Assembly (NCBI GenBank): GCA_963793305.1 | Contig: CAWBZV010000003.1 | Location: 672,001 to 736,000, forward strand | Length of the DNA: 64,000 bases | Direction of reading: 5' to 3' | DNA from: an uncultured Gemmatimonadales bacterium | GTDB lineage: Bacteria; Gemmatimonadota; Gemmatimonadetes; Gemmatimonadales; Gemmatimonadaceae | Part shown: piece by piece, positions 31,287-39,569 of the stretch | Numbering within the stretch: position 1 is the first letter of the stretch | How the letters are laid out: every line of letters starts with the position of its first letter | Position numbers and translations under genes: made by a program | Notes under the pieces: generated by a model | What the model was told of the DNA's origin: nothing | The model's input: only the letters and a program-made list of their open reading frames with translations | The model's database searches: none

Positions 31287-32162
31287 CTCCGAGATGAACT
31301 GGCTCACGCCGTCTATCAGCGCGGGAACGACCGGCATGGTGGGATCCGTATAGGCGGGCAGCTGCTTGTCGAGATCGCCCGTGGGCACCGATTTCAGGAC
31401 GTGGTTCATGCCAGTGATGATCAGTCGCTGCGCCCCGGGCGCCGCGCGCGCCAGGATGTCGCCCTCCGCGACGGGCACCTGCACGTCACTCGTGCCGCTC
31501 ACGATCAGGATCGGGACGTTCAGTTGAGCGATTTCCTTCGCCGGGTCGATCGCGAATACCGACAGCAGGTAGTCCTGCACACTCGGCCGAAACAGCGGCA
31601 TGAGCAGCGGCTCGACATGCGCGACGTGATGTCCCGCGGCAAGCGTGTCCAACTCGGCCAGCGCCTCGGGTAAGAGTGTGCCGACGTTGCCCTCATTGAG
31701 TTGACCGCGCAGCACGTCTGCCGCGGGTCGTCCGGCGCCGGCGATCGAGACGAAGGCATTGGCGCCGGGCGGTCGCGCGGCCGCCATCATACCGGCGAGC
31801 GACCCTTCGCTATGCCCGATCACGATGACGCGGGAGAACCGCTGGTCCTTGCGGAGCAACGCGATCCATCCCGCGGCATCGTCCACGAGATCCGTGAACC
31901 GCAACTCTTCCTCGGAGGGCGCGGTCGTTCGGCTCTCGCCGACGCCGCGGCGATCGTAGCGCAGCGACGCGATACCATACAACGCGAGTCCCTCGGCCAG
32001 AAATAAGAGACTGTTGTTCGTGACTGCCGGACCGGTGTTGCCATTCCGATCGGTCGGGCCCGAGCCGGCGATGAGGAGTGCGACGGGACACGGCGTGGGA
32101 ACGCCTTCCGGTACGAGGAGGGTTCCGTAGAGGGGGCCGACCGGCGTCGTGAGCGCCAACAT
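31283..32162 (-). CDS. Alpha/beta hydrolase; real stop probably near 31283
   Basis: AGSGPTDRNGN, RYDRRGVGES, GHSEG nucleophile, MNHVLK; ORF run-on to 30915 overlaps fecR, out-of-frame TAA at the expected end. Confidence 0.85.
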
Positions 32163-32170
32163 AATATTCT

Positions 32171-33328
32171 GTGGTGTCTTCTACGACGCTGACGGTCAGG
32201 CGGTTTCAGGTCGTGCGATATCTCCTGGAGCTTCAGGGGCTTCTTCCCCACGGCCGTACCGACGTGCTCAATGAGATCCGGCGTCTCGAGTGCGTGCAGA
32301 TCGATCCGGTCGCCGCGGTCGAGCGCAACCAGCACCTGGTGCTCTCGGCCCGCATTCCCTCCTATCGCCCGTCGTCACTCGACACCTTACTCGCCGAAGG
32401 CAAGGTCTTCGAGTATTTCTCGCACGCGGCGTGCGTGATGCCGATCGAGGACTACCCGATCTTCGCGGGTGTCCGGCGTCGGTACACCGAGCGCGTGGCG
32501 CGCTACCTGGCGCCACTCGGCGCCGTTCCGAACGACATTCTCTCAGTATTGAGAGACAAGGGACCCCAACCCGCGCGCGCCTTCGAGACCGATCACCGCG
32601 TGCGTGGCTGGTGGGACACGAAGGGCCCCAAGACGAAGGCGACCTCGCACGCGCTCGGCTTGCTCCTCTACTCGGGCGAGGTCATGGTCGTGCGCCGCGA
32701 GGGGACGACGCGGTTCTTCGACGTACCCGAGCACGCGGTGCCGCCCGCGTTGTACGACGCGGCGCGTCGCATGCCGTCCGAGGAAGCGGACCGGTCGCTA
32801 TTCGCGAAGTACTGTCGGGGCATGCGCGTGTTCGACCGCGGCGATCCGCATTTCGGGTGGTGGCGGCCGGCGCCAGCCGAGTTGCGCAAGAACGCCCTCA
32901 AGAATGACGCGCTCGTGAAATTGTCGATCGAGGATGTCCCGCGCCCGTACTGGATGCTCGCGTCCGATGTCGAGGCGCTGGAGAAGACCCGCCGCAAGCC
33001 TTCCGCATCCACGGCGCGATTTCTTCCGCCGCTCGACAACTTGATGTGGAGCCGCCGGCGACTCGAGGACCTGTTCGATTTCGAGTACCGCTGGGAGGTC
33101 TACACGCCGGCCTCGCGTCGCCGCTATGGGTACTATGCGATGCCGATTTTGCTGGGGGACCGTATCATTGGCCGGATCGACCCGCAACTCGATCGCGAGC
33201 GGAACGTGCTTGTCGTGCGCGGCCCGCACCTCGAACGGGGCGTCCGCATGACGAAAGCGCTCCGCGCGACTCTTCGTCGGTCGCTGACCAAGTTCGCGCG
33301 CTGGCACGGCGCCGAGCTGGGGCGATGA
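32171..33328 (+). CDS. ycaQ: YcaQ/AlkZ (HTH_42) interstrand crosslink DNA glycosylase
   Basis: VQIDP catalytic motif, PLDNLMW.R.RL..LFDFEYRWEVYTP...R.YGYY.MPIL. Confidence 0.9.
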   Translation: MVSSTTLTVRRFQVVRYLLELQGLLPHGRTDVLNEIRRLECVQIDPVAAVERNQHLVLSARIPSYRPSSLDTLLAEGKVFEYFSHAACVMPIEDYPIFAGVRRRYTERVARYLAPLGAVPNDILSVLRDKGPQPARAFETDHRVRGWWDTKGPKTKATSHALGLLLYSGEVMVVRREGTTRFFDVPEHAVPPALYDAARRMPSEEADRSLFAKYCRGMRVFDRGDPHFGWWRPAPAELRKNALKNDALVKLSIEDVPRPYWMLASDVEALEKTRRKPSASTARFLPPLDNLMWSRRRLEDLFDFEYRWEVYTPASRRRYGYYAMPILLGDRIIGRIDPQLDRERNVLVVRGPHLERGVRMTKALRATLRRSLTKFARWHGAELGR

Positions 33329-33843
33329 GCGCGAGAGCGACGCGCGTGCTGGGGGCCGTCGTGGGTGCGGCCGTGATCGCTTGCGCGTCGGGTCCGTATA
33401 TGTCGCAGCGCGATGCGGTGGCGGCGGCGGGGTTGTACGTCGAGGGTCCGGGCGCGATCCCGCCCGAGACTCAGGCTCGCGTGCTCGGGGATCCGGACGC
33501 GCTCCAGCTCTACGACGACATGCTCATGGGGCGCCGGCAGTGGATCTGTTGCGCGGATTCAAGCATGATGCTCCGTTGGCTCGCGTTGGCCGAGGACCCC
33601 CGGTTCCTGCCGACGTTCTTGCACTACGCGAACCCCGACCTGCCGGTGGGCCGAGGCAACAACGTCTTCGGGTATGCCTGCGTCGGGCTGGTGCGGCTCG
33701 CCGCGATCCCTGCCGCGCGGCAGCGCCTCATCGAGCTCTTGCAACCGACCACGCGGCCGGAGTTTCGCAAGAACCTCGTGCGGGTCCTCGAGTTCCGTAA
33801 CACGCCGGAGACTCGGGAGATCCTACAGTCTGCGGCGCCGTGA
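33325..33843 (+). CDS. Hypothetical lipoprotein
   Basis: ATGA overlap with ycaQ stop; lipobox VIAC. Confidence 0.6.
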   Translation: MSARATRVLGAVVGAAVIACASGPYMSQRDAVAAAGLYVEGPGAIPPETQARVLGDPDALQLYDDMLMGRRQWICCADSSMMLRWLALAEDPRFLPTFLHYANPDLPVGRGNNVFGYACVGLVRLAAIPAARQRLIELLQPTTRPEFRKNLVRVLEFRNTPETREILQSAAP

Positions 33844-33914
33844 AGAGCCAACGCCCCGAATCGGGAGGCTGTATGAGATTGCAGGACCCTATTACACATG
33901 GAGTTACCAGTCTC

Positions 33915-34271
33915 ATGCGCATAATGCGCCTTGCCGTAGCACTCGCGATCGCCGCCGTCACCCCGGTGATCGCTCACGCCCAACAGGATGGCGGTGGTGG
34001 CGGCCGCGGTGGTGGCGGTGGCCGGATGATGGCCGCGCTGTTTAACGGGATCACGCTGACCGACGCGCAGCAGAAGCAGGTCGACTCGATCCGCACTGCG
34101 TATCGGCCACAGATGCAGTCCGCCGGCCAGGATCGCGGCGCGCGTCGCGACTTGATGCAGAAGGAGACCGCGGATTTTCGGACGGTGCTCACGTCCGATC
34201 AGCAGGGCACGTTCGACAAGAACCTGGCCGACGTGCGCTCGCGGATGGGCGGTGGCGGTCCGCCTCAGTAA
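33915..34271 (+). CDS. Spy/CpxP-like periplasmic protein
   Basis: Signal peptide AHA; two LTxxQ motifs (LTDAQ, LTSDQ). Confidence 0.8.
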   Translation: MRIMRLAVALAIAAVTPVIAHAQQDGGGGGRGGGGGRMMAALFNGITLTDAQQKQVDSIRTAYRPQMQSAGQDRGARRDLMQKETADFRTVLTSDQQGTFDKNLADVRSRMGGGGPPQ

Positions 34272-35860
34272 GCGATCTTGATCCATCCACGCGACAACAG
34301 GGCGGGCGACTTGAGCAGGGATTCTGCCAGGTCGCCCGCTTTGTCGCGGGCGCCGACTTGGGCGTAGATCCGCCACAGGATTTGCTGGTACGCGGGCCCG
34401 AGCCAGGTATTCTCGGGTGGCGGTGCGAGGCGAACCGCGACTTCCCCCTCCCGCATTGCCTCAGCTCCGCGTCCCATATACGCGAGTGCCAGGCCCAGGT
34501 CGGCGTGCAGGGCCGGCGACTCAGGCGCAGCTCGCAACGCTGACTCGAGTATCACCCGCGCGCTATCCGCATATGCCCGAGCGCCACCAACGTCGCCGAG
34601 CAAGGCCAGGCTCTGAGCGAGACCCAACCCCCATGCCGCGCGACTGCCGGCAAAGGCTTTTGGCGTGAGTGTCGAGACGAACCGCCAGGTGGTGGTGTCG
34701 AGCACGCGCAGCGTGCCGAACACCCCGGCCGCATACGCATAGAGCGCCGCCGAGTCGACTTCGCGTGCTCCGGCATGCATGACGGCTCGCGCGGCATCCC
34801 GATCGCCCGCGCAGATCTCGACGAGCGCGCGATCGACGATCGCATCCGCGCTCCCCGGTGCGAGCTTGACGGCCGCATCGAGCTCTTCTCTCGCCTCGGG
34901 ATATCGTCTGAGCCGCAGCAACGTCGTCCCGCGCACCCGCGGCGCCGCGCTCCCGAACGGATCCACGAGCTCGGCCTGCGCCAGCCGATCGAGCGCAATG
35001 TCCCAGCGTCCGACGGCGCGATCCGTCATCGCGGCCGCGACGAGAAGATCGGCATCATTCGGCGCGTACCGCAGGGCGGTCTCGTACTCCCGCTGCGCGG
35101 CCGCGTTGTCGCGCAGGATGACCGCGTCATATCGCGCCATTGCCCCGTGCGCGGCACCGAGCGTCGGTGCGAGCGCCAGCGCGCGGGTGGCGGCATTGTG
35201 CGCGGTGCGGGCAACGGCGGAGTCCGGGTCGACGCGCTCCCACCGGATCGTGGCGGCGTTACTGAGCCGCGCCCAGGCGAGGGCGAACGACGGGTCGAGC
35301 GCCACGGCGCGCGTGTACTGGCCGCGAAGGAACGCGTCGTACGCGCTTAAGTTTGCGGTCGGCCGCGTCTCGTTCGTCGTTGTCCGGAGGCCGATCGCGC
35401 CGGTGACCCGGGTCGCTATCGATGACTGCACCGCGAACACGTCGGCGAGCGGCGCGCTGTAGGGCGCGGACCAGGCTTCGCCGGCGCTGGCCACGTCGTA
35501 CAGCTCGGGATTGATCTCGACGCGCCCGTGGGCTCGCGTGACGGTACCGCGGAGGATGTAGCGCACGTGGAGCGTGTGCCCGATGGCCTCCGGCGTCTCC
35601 GACGTGTGCCGATAGCGCGCGGCGGTGCCCGGCGCGATGACTTCGACGCCGGGCACGGTGGCCAGCGCCGAATGGAGTCCGTCGGTGATTCCCTCGGCGA
35701 AATACGCATCGTCCGAGTCGCCCGCGTTCTCGAACGGCAGCACGACGAGCCGTGCCGGCGGCGCTGGCCGTCCGCGCGACGTCGCGGCCAGCCCGAATGC
35801 CGTGACGGCAATGAGGGCGGCGGCAGTCGCCAGTGCGACCAGAGGGTCTCGGGCGTTCAT
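34265..35860 (-). CDS. TolB-N-like + TPR protein
   Basis: LVVLPFEN...YFAEGITD, DVFAVQ..IA, AYDAFLRG, TPR repeats; no kinase or cyclase domain. Confidence 0.8.
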   Translation of the reverse strand: MNARDPLVALATAAALIAVTAFGLAATSRGRPAPPARLVVLPFENAGDSDDAYFAEGITDGLHSALATVPGVEVIAPGTAARYRHTSETPEAIGHTLHVRYILRGTVTRAHGRVEINPELYDVASAGEAWSAPYSAPLADVFAVQSSIATRVTGAIGLRTTTNETRPTANLSAYDAFLRGQYTRAVALDPSFALAWARLSNAATIRWERVDPDSAVARTAHNAATRALALAPTLGAAHGAMARYDAVILRDNAAAQREYETALRYAPNDADLLVAAAMTDRAVGRWDIALDRLAQAELVDPFGSAAPRVRGTTLLRLRRYPEAREELDAAVKLAPGSADAIVDRALVEICAGDRDAARAVMHAGAREVDSAALYAYAAGVFGTLRVLDTTTWRFVSTLTPKAFAGSRAAWGLGLAQSLALLGDVGGARAYADSARVILESALRAAPESPALHADLGLALAYMGRGAEAMREGEVAVRLAPPPENTWLGPAYQQILWRIYAQVGARDKAGDLAESLLKSPALLSRGWIKIAY

Positions 35861-36009
35861 CGGTCGGGAGAGTGTGTGGTCTCTCCTGGCGAGCGTCAAG
35901 TAACGCTGCAAAGAAAAACGTATGACGCGGGCTCCCAGCGGCGCTCCCGCGCCGCAGAGAGCCAGGTCGGTTGGACAACGCTCGGCTACGCCTCGCTATC
36001 TTCGTTTCC

Positions 36010-36969
36010 GTGCCGAACGTATGGAGGGCGGTGGGGAGGAGCGCCGAGGGCAGTTCGCATCGGCGGGCGAAGCTCCCGAATCAGGATGCGCTCCGACTGT
36101 GGAATCCACACGGCGACGGGCAATCGGTGATCGTCGCCGTCGCCGACGGCCACGGGAGCGCCACGCATTTTCGCAGCGCGACGGGTTCGCGGTTCGCGGT
36201 GGAGGTGGCCGAGCGGGTGTTGCGCGATCTCGATGGCGCGTTGCGCGCGGGCGGCGCGCTGGACGCTGAGCGCGAGCAGTGGATTCGGAAGGAGATCGTC
36301 TCGCGCTGGCGTGCGTGCTGTATCGCGGACGCCGAGGCGAACCCGTTCACGTCGGCCGAGGAGGTACGTCTGAGCGGAGCGGGCGCGCGCGACCAGATCT
36401 TCGATCGCGCGCTGGCCTACGGCTCGACGCTGCTCGCGGGGTTAGCCACCGACGGGCGCCTCGTACTGCTGCAGATCGGCGACGGCGACATCCTCGCGGT
36501 CGATGCGGCGGGATCCCAGTTCCGTCCTTTCCCCCGCGACGCTCGTCACGTCGCGAACCTCACGACGTCACTCTGTCTCCCGGACGCGGTCGACAACGTC
36601 CGCGTGGCGTCGCTCTCGCCGAACACGATCTCCCTCCTTCTCTTCGCGACCGACGGCTACGCCAACTCCTTCGCCTCAAGCGAGGCTTTCGAGCGCGTCG
36701 TCGGCCCGCAGATTCTCTCACAGGTGCGCGAGCGGGGGGTCTCCTGGGTCTCTCAGGTTCTTCCGAGCTCCCTCAAAGCCGCGGCCGAGCGTGGCAGCGG
36801 CGACGACGTGACGCTCGCGATTCTCACATGCGAGGACGCCCCAGCCGGAGCCATTGCCCCGGGGCAAGGTCGCAGCGATGCACCGGTGACGCTCAGCGGG
36901 CTCGTGGTCATGCTGGGCGTGCTGCTCGTGGTCGGGTTGTGTCTCTGGCGAGTACTGCTGCCCCGTTGA
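36010..36969 (+). CDS. PP2C-family Ser/Thr phosphatase with C-terminal TM helix
   Basis: G.SH....PNQDA, VADGHGS, QIGDGD, TTSLC, ATDG, GDDVT. Confidence 0.9.
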   Translation: MPNVWRAVGRSAEGSSHRRAKLPNQDALRLWNPHGDGQSVIVAVADGHGSATHFRSATGSRFAVEVAERVLRDLDGALRAGGALDAEREQWIRKEIVSRWRACCIADAEANPFTSAEEVRLSGAGARDQIFDRALAYGSTLLAGLATDGRLVLLQIGDGDILAVDAAGSQFRPFPRDARHVANLTTSLCLPDAVDNVRVASLSPNTISLLLFATDGYANSFASSEAFERVVGPQILSQVRERGVSWVSQVLPSSLKAAAERGSGDDVTLAILTCEDAPAGAIAPGQGRSDAPVTLSGLVVMLGVLLVVGLCLWRVLLPR

Positions 36970-36973
36970 CGGG

Positions 36974-37030
36974 AAAGACGAAACCCCGGGGAATCCTCCC
37001 CCGGGGTCACGCGGCAGCCCAGGAAGCGAC
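36974..37030 (-). ncRNA. Putative small antisense RNA 1 (anti-anticodon-arm, AGG/GGG variant) with intrinsic terminator
   Basis: Minus strand GCTTCCTGGGCTGCCGCGT + ACCCCGGGGG-AGGATT-CCCCGGGGT-TTCGTCTTT; promoter immediately upstream. Confidence 0.65.
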
Positions 37031-37034
37031 TGAC

Positions 37035-37062
37035 AATCTAGGTCATGCTCCGGCGCAATCAA
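37035..37062 (-). promoter_or_regulatory. Sigma-70-type promoter of sRNA 1
   Basis: TTGATT-16 bp-TAGATT. Confidence 0.6.
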
Positions 37063-37083
37063 CGTGCAACATTCCACGTCCAC

Positions 37084-37142
37084 AAAATGCGAAACCCCGG
37101 GGAATCTTCCCCCCGGGGTGACGCGGCAGCCTCGCAAGCAAC
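37084..37142 (-). ncRNA. Putative small antisense RNA 2 (20/20 complementary to the adjacent tRNA, positions 21-40) with intrinsic terminator
   Basis: Minus strand GCTTGCGAGGCTGCCGCGTC + ACCCCGGGGGG-AAGATT-CCCCGGGGT-TTCGCATTTT. Confidence 0.72.
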
Positions 37143-37145
37143 TAT

Positions 37146-37174
37146 AATTTAGGCCGCTCTCACAGCGTGGTCAA
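37146..37174 (-). promoter_or_regulatory. Sigma-70-type promoter of sRNA 2
   Basis: TTGACC-17 bp-TAAATT. Confidence 0.68.
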
Positions 37175-37201
37175 CGTGTAATCACGCACGGCGAACTAGC
37201 G

Positions 37202-37287
37202 TGCCGAGGACGGGATTTGAACCCGCACGGCCCTTTCGAGCCAGCAGCTTGCGAGGCTGCCGCGTCTACCAGTTCCGCCACCCCGGC
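37202..37287 (-). tRNA. Non-canonical tRNA: tRNA-Leu body with Ala anticodon CGC
   Basis: GCCGGGG acceptor / CCUCGGC-A73; D-arm GCGGAACUGGUAGACGC; anticodon arm GCAGC-CUCGCAA-GCUGC; long variable arm GGCUC-GAAA-GGGCC; T-arm GCGGG-UUCAAAU-CCCGU; CCA not encoded. Confidence 0.93.
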
Positions 37288-37368
37288 ACCTCGCGTGCTG
37301 GGCGAACACTGGGAATACTGCGACACAGTAGCCAAGAAAAGCGCACCACGACTAGTCAGCGGGCGAAG

Positions 37369-37397
37369 AGTATAGCGAGTCTCCGCCACGCCGTCAT
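37369..37397 (-). promoter_or_regulatory. Putative promoter of the tRNA gene
   Basis: ATGACG-17 bp-TATACT about 80 nt upstream of tRNA G1. Confidence 0.45.
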
Positions 37398-37452
37398 CGT
37401 TGAGTTGCGAACCGTATCGTTAAGCACTGAGCGATCTACAACGAGTCGAGCG

Positions 37453-39462
37453 TCAGCGCAATCCTTGGCCTGCGCTTGTCGTTCCAAGCTGCTGCTCGCC
37501 CCAAATGTAATGCCCGAACCAGTCCAGGTTCTCCTGCATGACCGATCGTTGCTGCTTGGGTTTGTCGATTGGGTGCCCGAACCCGGGATACACGACCATG
37601 CGCACCGGCACGCCCTTATCGCGAAGCGCCTGATAGAGCTCGAACCCATTCGGGATGGGCACGCGCTTGTCGCTCCCCCCATGCTGTATCAGCGTAGGAG
37701 TCTTCGCGGTCTTGATGTACGTGATGGGCGACGTCTTCTTGTAGATCTCCGGATCATCCCACGGCGTCGCGTGGAGATACTGTCGCGTAAAGGGATGGAT
37801 GTCGGTATTGACATAGTAGGTCATCCAGTCGGAGATGCCCGCCCCGACCGAGACCGCCCGGAACCGATCGCTGAACGTGGTGATGAACGCCGAGATGTAC
37901 CCACCTTCGCTCCACCCCATGGATGCCACTCGGCTCCGATCGACGAACCCTCGAGCGATGAGATAGTCGACGCCAGAGATGACGTCGGCATAGTCCCCGA
38001 CGCCCAAGTTGCGCACATTGAGCGCCCGGAACTTCTCGCCGTATCCGGCCGAGCCGCGATAGTTCGGCCTCAGGATAACGGCGCCTTTGGAGGCAAAGAG
38101 CTCGACGGGATAGTATCGATCCGCGCCGAGCGTGGTGCGATCGACGCCGGTCGGCCCGCCGTGGATGACGACGAGCAGAGGGTATTTCTTGGTGGAGTCG
38201 AACCCAGGCGGCGTGATGAGCACGCCTTCGACGGCCGCGCCGTCGGTGGATTTCCACTGCACGAGCTGCCGTCGGGCCGACTTGAACGCCGACAGCTGGT
38301 CCCCCATGGTTGTAATCGCTTTCGGCGCGAACGGTTTGATGTCGGAGACGCCGATCTCCGGATACGCATTATCCCCGGCCGCGACGAACGCGCACGGTGC
38401 TCGCGTGCCGCGCGAGCGAGAACTGGCCGGCGATGCGCTTGGGATCGGAGAGCGTCTCGACGGTGCCAGACTTGGGATCGACGCGAGAGAGCACCTGGTA
38501 GGTACGCTCAAGCGGTGAGAAGTAGATGCCGTCCTTGTCCCAAGCGAACGGCGACGCATTCTCGTCGAACGACGTGGTGATCGCACGCGGCGTACCACCG
38601 TTCGCACTCACCACCGCGATGACCGTGTTCGTGTAGTAGAAGTACGGACTCCCATTGGCGGTCGAGAACGCGATCTCGTTCCCGTCCGGCGACCACACGG
38701 GGTTCGTATTGGGGCCGCCGGCCTCGACGATCTTCTTGACGCTCTTGTCGGCGACGGTGACGACGTAGATGGCGGCGGTGTTGGACGAGCCGAGGTCGGG
38801 ATCGCGCTGTGCGGAGAACGCGATGCGGGAGCCGTCGGGCGACCACGCGTATGAGCCGACGGTGAACTGGTCGCCCTCGGTCAGCCGCCGCGGCTCGCCG
38901 CCGGCCGCGTCGACGAGCCACAGGTGGCTCATCGAGTAGTCGCCGCCGATGACCTGGATGTCGCCGTAGGTACTATCGCGATCTTTGCGCGCTTTGGATT
39001 TCGGGTCGCGACTCACGAACGCGATGCTGCGTCCATCGGGCGACCACTCGAGCTCCGAGACGCCGGTCTCGACGCGCGTCAGCTCTCGCGCTTCGCCGCC
39101 GTTCGGCGCGATGACGTAGATCTGCGTCGAGTCCTCGAGCTTCCCGCCGGGCAGCGCGACGGGCCGCGTGGAGAGGAACGCGATCCATTGCCCGTCGGGC
39201 GACCATTTCGCGTCGAAGCTCGACCCTTTGCCGCTGGTGAGCTGCACGCGCTGTGTGCCGGCGGCGTCCGCCAGCCACAGCTCGCGCTCGAACGCATTGG
39301 CCTCCCAGTTCGTGTGGGAGACTTCGTACGCGACCCACTTTCCGTCGGGCGAGATGCGCGGCGCATTCGCGCTTTTCATCTCCAGGGACTGGTCGATCGT
39401 GGGAGCCTGAGCGTGGCGGGGAGTGCCGCACCGAGCACGAGTACAATCGCGAGTTTTCGCAT
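37453..39462 (-). CDS. S9 family peptidase (PD40 propeller + prolyl-oligopeptidase domain), frameshifts near 39410 and 38390
   Basis: Signal MRKLAIVLVLGAALPA; WSPDG repeats; IHGGP, PNYRGS.GYG, GWSEGG, D.RVP, GH. Confidence 0.9.
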
Positions 39463-39569
39463 GGGAAGAATGTAATCACAACCAGGCCAACTCGTTGCTA
39501 TGTGGGCGATTACAGTGGGAAACATGCGACGCCTGGCCGATACGCATCCGTCATCTCAAATTGGAGGCC

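Noticed and set aside
33989..34025. GGC/GGT trinucleotide repeat
   Set aside because: Simply encodes a Gly-rich linker in the Spy-like protein.
37120..37139. attL/attR scar of an element integrated in the tRNA
   Set aside because: The copy is inverted relative to the tRNA and covers the anticodon arm; att duplications are direct repeats, usually of the 3' part. No integrase nearby.
37143..37148. Plus-strand TATAAT as a promoter for a cis-antisense transcript across the tRNA
   Set aside because: No well-spaced -35. The minus-strand -35/-10 and terminator polarity are conserved in both units. Not fully excluded.
36974..37180. Mini CRISPR array
   Set aside because: Only two units, the inter-repeat segments are themselves similar and promoter-like, and no cas genes are present.
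37244..37260. Reading the anticodon as Leu CAA or Cys GCA
   Set aside because: The perfect GCAGC/GCUGC stem fixes a 7-nt loop with U33 followed by CGC; the other registers break the stem.
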